From: Chrysemys picta bellii
Taxonomy: Eukaryota
Reading direction: 5' to 3'
DNA: 64,000 nucleotides
Assembly (NCBI RefSeq): GCF_011386835.1
Contig: NC_088793.1
Coordinates: forward strand, 118,482,001-118,546,000
This document shows, in pieces, positions 13,213 through 25,830 of the stretch (position 1 is the first letter of the stretch; every line of letters begins with the position of its first letter). Made by a program: the position numbers and the translations under genes. The notes beneath the pieces are model-generated. The model was not told where the DNA came from. It saw nothing but the letters and a program-made list of their open reading frames with translations, and did not search any database.

Positions 13213-15029
13213 AGATTCATAGATTCTAGGACTGGAAGGGACCTCGAGAGGTCATCGAGTCCAGTCCCCTGCCCGCATGGCAGGACCAAATACTGTCTAG
13301 ACCATCCCTGATAGACATTTATCTAACCTAATCTTAAATATCTCCAGAGATGGAGATTCCACAACCTCCCTAGGCAATTTATTCCAGTGTTTAACCACCC
13401 TGTCAGTTAGGAACTTTTTCCTAATGTCCAACCTAGACCTCCCTTGCTGCAGTTTAAGCCCATTGCTTCTTGTTCTATCCTTAGAGACTAAGGTGAACAA
13501 GTTTTTTCCCTCCTCCTTATGACACCCTTTTAGATACCTGAAAACTGCTATCATGTCCCCTCTCAGTCTTCTCTTTTCCAAACTAAACAAACCCAATTCT
13601 TTCAGCCTTCCTTCATAGGTCATGTTCTCAAGACCTTTAATCATTCTTGTTGCTCTTCTCTGGACCCTCTCCAATTTCTCCACATCTTTCTTGAAATGCG
13701 GTGCCCAGAACTGGACACAATACTCCAGCTGAGGCCTAACCAGAGCAGAGTAGAGTGGAAGAATGACTTCTTGTGTCTTGCTCACAACATACCTGTTAAT
13801 ACATCCCAGAATCATGTTTGCTTTTTTTGCAACACCATCACACTGTTGACTCATATTTAGCTTGTGGTCCACTATTACCCCTAGATCTCTTTTTGCCGTA
13901 CTCCTTCCTAGATAGTCTCTTCCCATTCTGTATGTGTGAAACTGATTTTTTCTTCCTAAGTGGAGCACTTTGCATTTGTCTTTGTTAAACTTCATCCTGT
14001 TTAACTCAGACCATTTCTCCAATTTGTCCAGATCATTTTTGACCCTGTCCTCCAAAGCAATTGCAATCCCTCCCAGTTTGGTATCATCCGCAAACTTAAT
14101 AAGCGTACTTTCTATGCCAATATCTAAGTCGTTAATGAAGATATTGAACAGAGCCAGTCCCAAAACAGACCCCTGCGGAACCCCACTTGTTATGCCTTTC
14201 CAGCAGGATTGGGAACCATTAATAACAACTCTCTGAGTAAGGTTATCCAGCCAGTTATGCACCCACCTTATAGTAGCCCCATCTAAATTGTATTTGTCTA
14301 GTTTATCGATAAGAATATCATGCGAGACTGTATCAAATGCCTTACTAAAGTCTAGGTATACCACATCCACAGCTTCTCCCTTATCCACAAGACTCGTTAT
14401 CCTATCAAAGAAAGCTATCAGATTGGTTTGACACGATTTGTTCTTGACAAATCCATGCTGGCTATTCCCTATCACCTTACCACCTTCCAAGTGTTTGCAG
14501 ATGATTTCCTTAATTACTTGCTCCATTATCTTCCCTGGCACAGAAGTTAAACCAAATGGTCTGTAGTTTCCTGGGTTGTTTTTATTTCCCTTTTTATAGA
14601 TGGGCACTATATTTGCCCTTTTCCAGTCTTCTGGAATCTCTCCCATCTCCCATGATTTTCCAAAGATAATAACTAGAGGCTCAGATACCTCCTCTATTAG
14701 CTCCTTAAGTATTCTAGGATGCATTTCATCAGGCCCTGGTGACTTGCAGGCATCTCACTTTTCTAAGTGATTTTTAATTTGTTTGTTTTTTATTTTATCT
14801 GCTAAACCTACCCCCTTCCCATTAGCACTCACTATGTTAGGCATTCCTTCAGACTTCTCGGTGAAGACCGAAACAAAGAAGTCATTAAGCATCTCTGCCA
14901 TTTCCAAGTTTCCTGTTACTGTTTCTCCCTCTTCACTGAGCAGTGGGCCTACCCTGTCTTTGGTCTTCCTCTTGCTTCTAATGTATTGATAAAAAGTCTT
15001 CTTGTTTCCCTTTATTCCTGTAGCTAGTG
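13213..15029 (-). mobile_element. CR1 LINE (PsCR1-like), 5'-truncated, ~1.8 kb
   Basis: ORF2 RT with GVPQGSVLG and FADDTKLGG; CR1 3' UTR ggtcccttccagtcct followed by (AATCTATG)2 tail; TACAT duplicated at 13208-13212 and 15030-15034; host DIRS reading resumes after it. Confidence 0.95.
13297..15029 (-). pseudogene. CR1 ORF2 reverse transcriptase remnant; one in-frame TGA (14755-14757) separates the 475-aa ORF from its upstream part; no endonuclease domain
   Basis: ORFs 13297..14724 and 14755..15087 share a frame; reads [23 protein letters not shown]. Confidence 0.9.
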
Positions 15030-16112
15030 TACATGAACAGGGTGGAACAAAATTCTTTCCTTTTTGTGTAAAAGTGGTTCTCAGCAACTTATCTACTGAG
15101 TGTGCAGAATCTGTTGGACAATCTCAGCAGGCACTTCTGCACAGACCACAAATGGGAGATGCACAATTCCATCCTGAATGAGATCTTCACCCAGGGCAGA
15201 ATTCTTTCCTGGGAACTGTTCACCACCCAGACAAACAAGATATTGTCCCTGTACTGCTCCTGTGCAGCTGTGGGTCAGCGATGCCCTTCTCATATTTTGG
15301 ACAGACCAAATCAGGTTTGCCTCTTCTTCCATCTCACTGATACTACAAGTTCTACGAAAGATTTGCTACAGCAAAGCTCAGGTCTTTATCATCATATCCA
15401 GCTGGCCTAGACGGTTTTGGTTTTCAGACCTTCTGCATCTGTCAACCCAGCTTCCCATCAGCCTCTGACCCTTTCCATCTCTATTCACTCAAGAGAATGG
15501 CAAGACCAGACGTCTCAACCCAGGCCCCCTTCATCTCATGGCCTGGTATTTGGATGGGTGTCAGACCAAAACCATTCGTGTTCAGAAGCTGTTCTGTCTC
15601 CATGAGAAAATGCAGGTCCACCTTGCAACAATCAGCACCTTCCATCCTCCAGTTGAAGACTATGCTGTTTTTACTTGTCCAGCAACAATCAGCTTCTTGA
15701 AGGGCTTCATCAGAACTTTCCCACTGGTGGCAAAACGAACACTGCAATGAGATCTTAATCTTGCTCTTTCAGTACTTACCAGACCTCCCTTTGAAACGCT
15801 AGGCACCTGCTCCCTACTTCTCCATGAGGGTCGCCTTCCTAGTAGCCATCAAATCAGCTAGAACGGTGAGTGAACTGGGAGCACTTATAGCAGATCCACC
15901 ATATACCAAATTTCATAAGGAGAATGTTTCCCTTCACCTCCACCTGAAATGTATCCCTAAGGTAATTTCTGAGTTTCACATGAATTAACCTATTCACTTC
16001 CTGGTATTCTTTCCAAAACCTCATGCTTCCGACAAGGAGAGAAGACTTCACTCTCAATGTTTGTCAGGCTTTGACTTTCTATCTGCAGAGAATGAAATCA
16101 ATTAGAAAGATG

Positions 16113-16485
16113 TGCCAGTTTTAGATGGTCCATAGACTGCTTTGAGAGAGTCAAAGAACATCTTTGCGTTGTTTGTATCTGCATAATGCTGGACTTCTGC
16201 AGGTTTCCTCTCCCATCACTCATCCTGCATTCTCCTTAGTTCAGAGTGGGCCTTGCTCTGTAGGTACTTCAACCTATCTTTCTTTGAGATGGAAGTGAGT
16301 TCATTCTGCCATTCAACAAATGCTTTCTGCTTGTCACTTAGGAGTTTGGAGATGTCCTCGTTGTTCTCATCGAACCAATCCTGGTGTACCCTTTTCTTTG
16401 GCCCCAGCACTGATTTAGCTGTGTCACTAATCGCATGTTTAAACTGGTTCAATTTTTCTGATGGGGTGCCAGTGATTGGCAGGCA
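16113..16485 (-). mobile_element. RTE-clade LINE internal ORF fragment
   Basis: LNQFKHAISDTAKSVLGPKKRVHQDWFDENNEDI...LRRMQDEWWERK...FFDSLKAVYGPSKTG is typical of the RTE EN-RT linker. Confidence 0.75.
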
Positions 16486-16559
16486 TGAAAAAAGCTTGTA
16501 AGCTGAAACTGCATCTGATAGTTGGTGTGCTTGAGCTGCATTAGTAACCTCATTATGGG

Positions 16560-16720
16560 GATGGAAGGCAGATGTGACACTATTGACGATACGTAAGACA
16601 GTACTTGGGCCTTGCTATGCAGATTTTCTAAACACTGCAGGATACCTGCCCAGAAAAATGAGCTAGTGTTTGGAAGGAGCATGTAGCAGGCTATAATTAG
16701 AAGCTGTTATCTTCCCCCTA
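16560..16720 (+). mobile_element. Probable DIRS YR C-terminal remnant
   Basis: With one frameshift reads ADVTLLTIRKT.TWALLCRFSKHCRI...LVFGR, resembling the ICKAATW..HTFSKHY...FGR end of DIRS YR; heavily decayed. Confidence 0.4.
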
Positions 16721-16771
16721 GTTGTCTAAAATGGCATAGGAAGTCAAAGAGAGAATGGGTCTTCAAGATCT

Positions 16772-16837
16772 TCTGTGCCACAGGACTCTTTGTCGCTGTT
16801 TACAGATCCAGACTAACACACCTACCCCTCTGATACT
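16772..16837. mobile_element. Penelope-like element terminal fragment
   Basis: gtgccacaggactctttgtcgctgtttacagatccagactaacacacctacccctctgatact resembles a recalled turtle Penelope-like end. Confidence 0.5.
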
Positions 16838-19800
16838 TGTGCCAGTCAAGAGTCCCTTCCAGTGTAAAGTTCCAAGTTCATACTGAAGTCACCAAGTTTA
16901 CAAGGATGCAATTAAATAATGGTGAATGTAACTTTTATTGCTTTGGGAGCCAACAAGTTCCTTAAATGCAAAGATATGTCATAAAGAAACACTTTTACTG
17001 TCTCCAACTATTGGCAGAGAGGAGCTATAGCAAAGAATCTATCATAGAAGGTTACAAAGGAAGAAGAGTAGGAAAAAATCCCATTGTTTTTATCTATACC
17101 TAAAACTTTTATCAGTCAAGGAATTGGTTGCAAACCTCAGAAAGACGTGAAATGTGTTAAAACACACCTAAATGTAAGTAAGGCCTTGGTCAATATGTCC
17201 TGGTGAATTGCATGAGATGCTGTGACTTGGATAGAGAAGGGTGGAGCTTTAGTGGATGATATCCTGGCACTCTTCGGTCTCACACTAGAAACTGCATCTC
17301 TTTGAACAGCAAATATTTATTAGATGTGGATAGAAGCATGTTTTGCAGTTGCGTTAAGGGTAAATAAAACTATGTTGATAGTTGCATCATTTGCAAATTG
17401 TTTGTGATGTAAATGTGTAGGCTGGGGAAGAAGAGAGACCTAAGGCAAGGGGAAAAATAGATGCTGATAATTTGGTTTGTTATAGTCTTATTTTCCCTGT
17501 TCTGCTTCTCTCTCTTCCTCCCCTTTTCAGTTATGTAAATGTATTTGTTTTGGAGAGTCTCAAACTGTAAAAGGTGGGAGAAGCTAGTGTTTATTCTGGC
17601 TAGATGATGGACAATTTTTTCCTCCTGCTTCTTCTAGGTGGAATCTTACAATACGATGTAATAGTATTTTATTGCAGGAAGGGGAAGAGATGAAAACTGA
17701 TATGAAATTACTGATAAATGTTTTATTTTTGTTCTTCTAGTCAAAATACAACTGAGCCAGGCTTAACACTTAATAGTGTGCTTTGGAATTGGTTCTCTTC
17801 TTCACTTCTCACGTATTGTTGAGGTGTGAAGCTGTTGCATCTTTGCTAAGGCGTCGATTCACTCATATGCAACATACAACATCATCAATAAAAGTAAATG
17901 GGCAAAGTAATTGGAGATGCATCTCACTGACTGGTGACTTTGTACTCTTCCTCTCTGTATGAGGAGGGCGGTAGGGAATTTGCTTAACAGTGGAAGAACA
18001 AGTTGGTTAAATCTTTGGTAAGCTGATTTTTTTTTTTTTGGTGGTATGGGAGGTGGTTTGATAGTAATATCAGCATGCTTTGCTGTATGGCAATAACGTA
18101 AGACAGCATCCATCATTACCTGTTAATTTCAGATTCCTACTGTGTAAAAACCGAGAAAGGAAGTCTTTTGTTTTAACCAAGTTTATTATAGCTAACAGAT
18201 TCATTTACATTTACATTCATTGCCATTTGGCACATGGGAGCTCTGTTTTTACCTTTAGTGGAAAAAAAAAGGGGGGGGGAGAAAGGGTGGGGAGCGGAAT
18301 ACATTATACCAATACAACTGTTGCTCTTGGCAATGTTTTTCATCTTGAAATGGCATATAAGTGAATAATTGCTGCAGCTGTTTTTTTGTGACATTAAATC
18401 ATTTGCAATGAGTAAAAGTGATATTTTGCTCAAGAATGTCATATAAATGATAGTTTAAACTCTAGTAATTAAACATTATTTTGTTAAGGTAGAGAGATGT
18501 ATAGTTCAGATTATTATGGTATACTAACTTTTAAACTAACTTTTAAAACAGACATATGTATTCTTGCTTATGTAGCATGTGTCTGTGGAAAAGATCATGT
18601 CTTTGTTGAGGTTTAGAGCAATATTCTTATGAATTGGTGAAAAATGTAATTTGTTTGACAGAGTGAAATGAAGCCATGAATCAGTGATAGACTCACCCTT
18701 ATTTCAATTAAAACAACAGTTTTATTGTGCACTTGTTGGCATATATGATGCCATTTTTATTTTAAATATTTTGAGGATTTTGTGTGTGTGTGAATTTCTA
18801 ACTAGAGTAGTAGTAAACCAATCCCTTTTCTCACACTGCAGTCTTAATATTGAAAAGAAAAAAGTGGCAGGTGTTTGAGGTGTAGCATTTGTGTACACTG
18901 TTCTTGTGAAGCACTCTAGAAAACATAAGTTATAAGGTGGAATGTGGTATCTTGCGTTTTGCTCTTGTGTCTATTGTGATTCAAAATCCTTAAAGTGACC
19001 ATCAGCCTCAACATTAGGCTGTGTTTATTTTAAAAAGGGAAGGAATTATAACATCTAATGATAGAATTTTTTCACACAAATTTTTAAATCTAAACAACAT
19101 TCTGTTTTTCTCCACACATTTTAAATACTCTTTTATGATGTTTTCCAACCCCAAATTAGCCCTATTGTATTCATGCATGAGAATCAAAGCGTCAAATTTT
19201 CAGGTTTATACAAATATATTGTAAAAGGGCATTTGTTTCTCTAGTTTATCCTTGCAGATTTGAGATGTGCATGTCCACATGTATATGTAGGCACCTATAT
19301 GCTGTGTGGAATCAGTGCAAGTGGGGTACAGAAAAGATTGCCCACTTTAGAACATATTTTTAAAAATTTGGCCCAGAATGTGATGTTGTGTATTCTGTTC
19401 TAATGCCCAAGTTGTGTGATTATAATAAAACATCAACATCAATCATTGAAAATTGTATTAATAATGTAAAGTGGGTTTGGTACTATGGGGTTAGAAAAAT
19501 TTGTTTTTAAATACGATTTTTATTTAGACATTTGTCCTTTTAATTGTATGGTATTTGGCATATTTAACTCTATTAACATAATCAAGCTGTTTGTGCCAGT
19601 GTGTAGATACATATGTATGTATACATACACATTCATAACATATGATGGTGTAGTAGAAAGGTTTTGTTGCCGTGAGTTGCATTACTCACAAGTGTCAAAG
19701 GCACAACTGAGTTATGCAGATCATCCCAAATAAGTCCAGATAAAACCTTTATATCTCACTATCATGGTTTTTTTTTTAAATAAAATCCTCAATTATTTAA

Positions 19801-21141
19801 TTTACCACAAGTTAGCACAGAAGTTTCCAGTCTTTTGCACTGGAGTTGTGCAGAATTTTGGTTGAGTTTGTTTCAAATTATTGGGGGCTTTACGTGTATT
19901 AATATGGTTTGAAATCATAATAAAAACAGTTTACTTATTGCACTTTTCACTCTGCGTGTGTGCGTGTAAAATCATCAACTATAGTATGTATGGTTGTGTT
20001 TGATATTTGGTGTGGTGTTAACCACAAAACCTTCATGGCTTTGCTTACATGTTAAGTGCAGGTATTTAGAATAACCACAATGCCTAAAGTGTATTACTGC
20101 TGTAGTGAAATGTTGAGGTTATACTTAAATAGATTCTGTAAAAAAACTCTCCATGTTATTTATTTATTTATTTATTTGTTTATTTAATTTCAATGTAAAG
20201 ATGTACAAAGTAAGACAATCCCTTTAAGATATTCATTCCCAAATGCAAAATATTAAAATTTTTCACTTCTGCCATACTTTTCTTGGGTGGCTTTTGCAAC
20301 CCAGAACAATTGGTGCTTAACTAGCAGACAGCCATCCAAAGCTGAGTGGCAAGGTGAAATTCTCACTGAGATCTGTACACTACTGCTAGTGTTTCCAGCC
20401 TTGCTTCTGTGGAAATTGAGATTGGAGCGATGAAAATATGTCCAGGAGAACTTTTTATAGAAATGTCTTGATACGTTAAAATTATTGTTGCTAGTCTAAT
20501 ATTTCTGCAGTGGATCAACAACAATAAGGGGATGGTATTAAAACCTTGGGTGAAATCCTGGCTCTATTGAAGTTAATAGCAAAACTCCCACTGAATTCAG
20601 CGAGGCCCAGGATTTCATCCATCGACTTGTAAACCTACAGTTACCTTCACCATGGCTCTGATCTCGGTTACACAGAAATAGGGTTGGAAAGTTACGCTTT
20701 TTTTCTCTGTATGTCCTTGGAAGGACATAATGATTTCAAGGAGGACACATTTTGCTATTGAGTTTAAACCCATGCAGTTAGATGGTTATCCAGCTGGAGC
20801 CTTTGTCAGTCAGTCAGATTTCTGCTTCTGTAAAGTCTGTTTCATAAGCATGGAGGACTGCTGTAACACCAAATAAGTATTAATATGTCTATTTATTCCA
20901 CTAACTAAGGTTGCCTACTCAGCGCTAGAATTCAGTGAAACCATGACTCCAATTGTGCTAGGTCTTCCCCCATTAGTGGACAAGGCTGACTCACTGTCTG
21001 TTCAGGGATCATTCTGTTTAAATAGCACTTACAATATATCCTGTATGATTGCAGTTGTGTCTCAATATCTGCATTAAACCCCATTTTTACTGCAGTGATT
21101 TATATTTCCGTTGTAACATCATCCCAAGTGCTAGCTTGTTA

Positions 21142-21426
21142 GGCTTGGTCTACACTACCCCCCTAATTCGAACTAAGGTACGCAACTTCAGCTACGTGAA
21201 TAAAGTAGCTGAAGTCAAAGTACCTTAGTTCGAACTTACCTTGGTCCACACTCGGCAGGCAGGCTCCCCCGTCGACTCCGCGGTACTCCTCTCGCCGAGC
21301 TGGAGTACCGCAGTCGACGGCGAGCACTTCCGGGTTCGACTTATCGCGTCCAGACTAGACGCGATAAGTCGAACCCAGAAGTTCGATTGCCAGCCGCCGA
21401 ACTAGCGGGTAAGTGTAGCCAAGGCC
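21142..21426. mobile_element. Young PIF/Harbinger MITE, 285 bp
   Basis: TIRs ggcttggtctacact / agtgtagccaaggcc; TTA on both sides (21139-21141, 21427-21429); CpGs retained. Confidence 0.9.
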
Positions 21427-22369
21427 TTAGACTCAGCAGGTTATCTTCCAGAATCAAGTAACCTGAAGGGATAGATGCAGGAAGAAATGAAAGTAGTGAG
21501 GAGAACCCTCTGCAAATTCAAACCTGACCTCAAAGACAAGATTGTGGTCATATTTTGGAACAGCAGACACATTAACAGAGGTATGTGGCAAGGGTTTAAC
21601 TTCACTGAAGGCATGGTGTCCAAAACCAATCTGCTGCTTTTGTGAGCAGAGAAACCTTTCTTGGCCCTAAACGATAAAGGTTCAGGGCCACACTTATTGA
21701 TTAAAGAACTAGGACTTTTACTCCAGGATGTTCTTCCTGAAACTGTTTGTACCAGCTTGGAACCAAAATTGAGCTGAAGGTTTTTTCCACGATTAGTTAA
21801 TATCTATGTAGCGATTTGAACATGTAAAATATTACATGAATTGAAAGTAGCAGTATTATTTCAAGAGGCAAAATATTTTTTATCTTTCCACACAAATTGG
21901 GAAGTGGCAGCACTAGAACTTTATAAATTGCCACACCTTCATGGATGTTTATCCATTTAACTCCACATCATCCGAATTAAAAAAAAAAGTATTGTTAATG
22001 AAAAGCATCAGTGTAATTAATAACTCACATTTGCTTCTACCAGGTTATCTTCAGATGAGGGTCCCATCTGTGGTTAAGAATTGCTTTCTTAGTCTATGCT
22101 TTCTTTCACTATGTTCAATTATTAATTCTTACTTAGTAAAACAGGACATTACTTCTTGGGATTTGAAAGGAGGAATTTAAAAGGCTTGTGCTGTTCTGAT
22201 ACGCTTCTCCAGACATCTATTACTGGTGGTGGGTTTGATTAGATCTTGGTGGATAGAATCCGATAAGACTGATCAGAGCACAATGAGAAGCTGTCTAGCA
22301 GGGATTGTTCATCACAAAACTGGTATCCCAGTGTTTTTTTTTATTTTAACTTTTATTCCTTATTTCCTG

Positions 22370-22680
22370 TGCCATGGAAAATGGAGATAATGATACTGCC
22401 CTCCTTTGTAAAGCGCTTTGAGATCTGCGGATGAAAAGTGCTATTATAAGCAGGGCCGGCTCCAGGCACCAGCTTGGTAAGCAGGTGCTTGGGGCGGCCA
22501 CTCCGGAGAGGGGCGGCAGGTCCAGCTATTCGGCGGACAGTCCCTCACTCCCGCTCCGAGCGAAGGACCTTCCGCCGAATTGCCGCCGCAGATCGCGATC
22601 GCGGCTTTTTTTGGCTGCTTGGGGCGGCCAAAACCCTGGAGCTGGCCCTGATTATAAGAACTAGGGGGTATTATTATAAT
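22370..22680 (+). mobile_element. MIR-like (amniote CORE-SINE) 3' end, split by a hAT MITE
   Basis: aaaatggagataatgatactg...tttgtaaagcgctttgagatc..ggatgaaaagtgctat|...|aagaactagg..tattatt. Confidence 0.6.
22451..22650. mobile_element. hAT MITE, 200 bp
   Basis: TIRs cagggccggctccagg / cctggagctggccctg; perfect 8-bp TSD attataag. Confidence 0.92.
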
Positions 22681-22689
22681 TGAATGGCA

Positions 22690-22802
22690 GCCTTTGGATG
22701 ATCTCTAGTGCATGTCTATATATGTGCTTGGCTAGTAAAATGGGACCCCAATTTTGATTAGGGTCTCTGGGCACTACTGGCATATAAATAGTAAATAATA
22801 TT
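22690..22802 (+). mobile_element. L2-like 3' tail fragment
   Basis: atgggaccccaattttgattagggtctctgggcactac...aaatagtaaataat; similar tails near 40560-40620. Confidence 0.4.
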
Positions 22803-24918
22803 AGGAAGCATTGATAGTGTGAACCTCCTTGGAGTAGAAATTTTGTTGGCTCAGAAACAAACAGAAGACATGGGTGGGGGAAATATCCAAAAAATCTAAC
22901 TGGTGCTTTTTCCTTTATGCTTATGTAGATAGATACTGGTAGTCTGTCATTGGTAGATAAAACAGGCAATGAATGATCCTAACTCACTTGACTAAAATCT
23001 CTCTACCTGTTGTGTGCTGAAGCAGAGAGCCAGGGCCACTACAATTGATCACTTGCCTTTAAAAAAGTATGGAAAATTTATCAAGAATTTAGTACGGTAT
23101 GCTTAGAAGAAAACCTTGTTACAAGTTGAAAAATCCAGTGAAAATATGATCATCCTAAATTTTAAGAAAGTGTGCAAATGTATTTCTCAGAGGTAAGTAA
23201 ATTAAAGTTCTCAAATCATGTTGGTGATTTGGATTTGATCCACAAAGCATTGTTGTTGTTATTATGGCATTGTTGTTATACGTTTCTAAACTCTGATTCC
23301 CAGTATTTAAATCACAGAAGGTTAATTAAAACAGTTCTTTATTCTGCAACTGCTTGAGAATATTAACCTTGCAAAGGCTGTGTTAAATCACTGAAGTGAT
23401 AGAATTGCATTTGCTTTGTAAGATTTTGCTGCAAGAGCAAAGACAGTGCCATTTATAGTTCAGTGCCGTTAATTGCTTAGCATTTAGATATTAGCACAGG
23501 AGTCTATTAATTAACTTGATGATAAAACTATTGGAATGTAGGCTGATAAAAATGATTTTGTTTTAAAGGAGATTACCAATCAAACCTGCTTCTCCCTTCC
23601 CTTCTCCCCCCTCCACTTCCCTCCTTTTTCCTCTGGCAGTAGACATCAATGGTAGGTTTTTTGGTTTAAGAGTGCCATTAATGTCCAAGAAGCAACTTTA
23701 AGTTAATTATTGATAGAATTTGAAGGGTAGGGTAAACAGAGTAGTGAGCGTTGAAAGGTTGCTTGCCTATATAATAGTAATTTATTCCATTGTCCTGATT
23801 CACTTATCTGATTGTGGAGCACAGCTAAAGTTCTCTATATTTTCATCTTAAAACAAGAGTGTTTAACACAAATCACAGATTTTTTAAATATTTTAAATGC
23901 TAATAAAATAAAATCATGGAATAAATAGTAAAGAAGTAAAATCTTTAGAGTATCAATGTGTCTGCTTCTTTCTTTTGTTTTTTGAGTACCATATGTGTTA
24001 TATATTTCAAATTGTAATGGTCTTGTAAATTATACTTTATGGCCAGTTGCAACTCCACAATATTCTGTTAAAGTCTTTAAATTAACTTTGCCTCATTTTC
24101 CTCAAAGGTAAGGGTCCCAGTTAGGGGTTTGTTTGCTAACCTTTCCTGGTACAAGATTTACTACTACATTTTTTCCTGTCTTTATTTCCTTTCTAATTGA
24201 AGATATTCAGTGAAACATTTTATTTGTAGGTTTATTTTCTGTATTTTGAACCAGGTTCTTGGTTGCTAATACACAATGTTCTACTTGTAATAAGCCAGCG
24301 TACACTACAGATACACTCATCTCTATCTCCCAGTATGCCCACTTATTCGGCTGCAGTGGCGTTTAACATATTTGTGAGCACATTTCCAAAATCCTCTTTT
24401 GTCAGCAGTTGCAATTAGAACTAAACAACAACAATTGAAATGGAACAGCAAATTAAGGCCAATAACAAAAGCAAATTTGCTTACAAAAATTAGTGTGAGA
24501 TGACTAACCAAATGTTTTCATGTGTTTTTTTTTATCTAGAGAATGAGGGGTGGCCGACTTGTTGTTCTCTGCAGCCCAAGCTCTGGGAGAATGATGACAT
24601 GTAGTCTGTCTTCATTTTCCCTCCTCCTCCTCACCCTCCTCTCCCCCTTACTGCCCAATCCCCTTCCCTCAACCCCCCTTCAAAACAAACCAAACAAACA
24701 AAAACCCAAACACACCATTTCTATTTGCAAATAGAAAATCAAGTAACTGTCTGTAAAATTAAGTAATTTGCAACTACAGAGAGAGCTTGCAAGACCAAAT
24801 TTGCATACTTTCCCATCTTATAAGATGGGGAGGTTTTCTGCTGCCTTATTAGCCAACAATTCTTTTACCCTTGCTTAACGAAAAGGCTGTGACCTAGATT
24901 ATCTTCCGTGAGGATCAG

Positions 24919-25376
24919 TGTCACAGGGTAGCTGGTCCCTGCTGATAGACTAGGCCCAGCTCCGGGGAACCAGAGCAGGTGAGCCCTATCCAGCTAATTA
25001 AAGACGGCTGGGCTACACTGGGGCATATAAGGGACTGCTAGTGGGCAGTTGGAGGAGAAAGAACTGAGACAGACTAAGCCCTGGGGAGGGAAAGCCACAG
25101 TGGGGTGGAGGTAGCTCCTGTGGTGGGTCGCTAGAGTAAGGGGCTAGAGGCTCAGGGAGGCAGCCCTGTGACTGCTGCATCAGGAAGGGAACAGAGCTGA
25201 CTTAGGCTGGGAAGCTGCTAGGAGCTAGAGTGCCAGAAATCACTGCAAGTGTTGGCTGCGAAGCCTAGGGCCGAGGATTGAGTTAAGACTTTTCCGTTTG
25301 GTATGCTAACCTCTGTGAAAAGACTGGGCGTGGCAGCACATGCTTTGATGCTGGGGAGAAGCATGGCCCGGTGACA
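24919..25376 (+). mobile_element. Solo LTR (Gypsy/ERV type), 458 bp
   Basis: Begins TGTCAC, ends GTGACA; 5-bp TSD ATCAG (24914-24918, 25377-25381); TATA-like catataagg near 25024. Confidence 0.85.
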
Positions 25377-25527
25377 ATCAGTAAAGATGTCCGTATTTTG
25401 ATCCTAGTTTGTTTTTAAGTCCTCAAACACCACACCACATCTCTTTCCCCCAATGATCTAAAATGCTTTACTTTGAAAATATAAAGGAGGTGGTGATGGT
25501 GGTTGTGGTGGTGAAGAACTCGTAGAC

Positions 25528-25713
25528 CAAGGGTAATCAATTATTTTGTGTCAAGGTCCAAATCTCTTGGTCAATGTATAGTCAAGGTCCAGACTCCAGA
25601 GAAAATAATACAAAAATAATAACAATAATAAGAAAATAAAAAGATTTCACAGTCCATTCAAAAGCATGTGACAGTCTGGATTTGGTCCATGGTCCGCCTA
25701 TTGACTACCTCTG
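25528..25713. mobile_element. hAT MITE, 186 bp
   Basis: TIRs caagggtaatcaat / attgactacctctg; 8-bp TSD tcgtagac / tcttagac. Confidence 0.75.
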
Positions 25714-25830
25714 TCTTAGACTCATGGACTTTAAAGCCAGAAAGGAACATCATGATTATCTAGTCTGACCTCCTACACATCTTAGGCCACAGCATCTCAC
25801 CTACCCACTCCTGTAATAGACCCTTAGCTT
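25714..25830 (-). mobile_element. CR1 3' UTR fragment
   Basis: tagactcatggactttaaagccagaaaggaacatcatgattatctagtctgacctcc is the reverse complement of a CR1 3' end. Confidence 0.7.

Larger units (their letters stand above)
10640..16112 (+). mobile_element. 5'-truncated decayed DIRS-type retrotransposon (gag C-terminus, RT, RNase H, MT-like, YR), interrupted by CR1
   Basis: ORF1-like KTSLQAAVAVAD...VVMRHESWL...EDQPFD (11668-11853); RT DRWVLEIIQSGY...AYFHVDIHPSHRSFLRF...LATAPEVFS (12205-12720), YLDS* at 12742; DNLSRHF...HKWEM...ELFTTQTNK (15102-15260); YR box I FLVAIKSARTVSELGAL (~15835-15885). Confidence 0.9.

Noticed and set aside
16113-16846. tgtgccagt at 16113 and ~16838 as a possible TSD of a composite insertion
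   Set aside because: The left copy is part of the RTE coding sequence (GPSKTG), so it is likely coincidence
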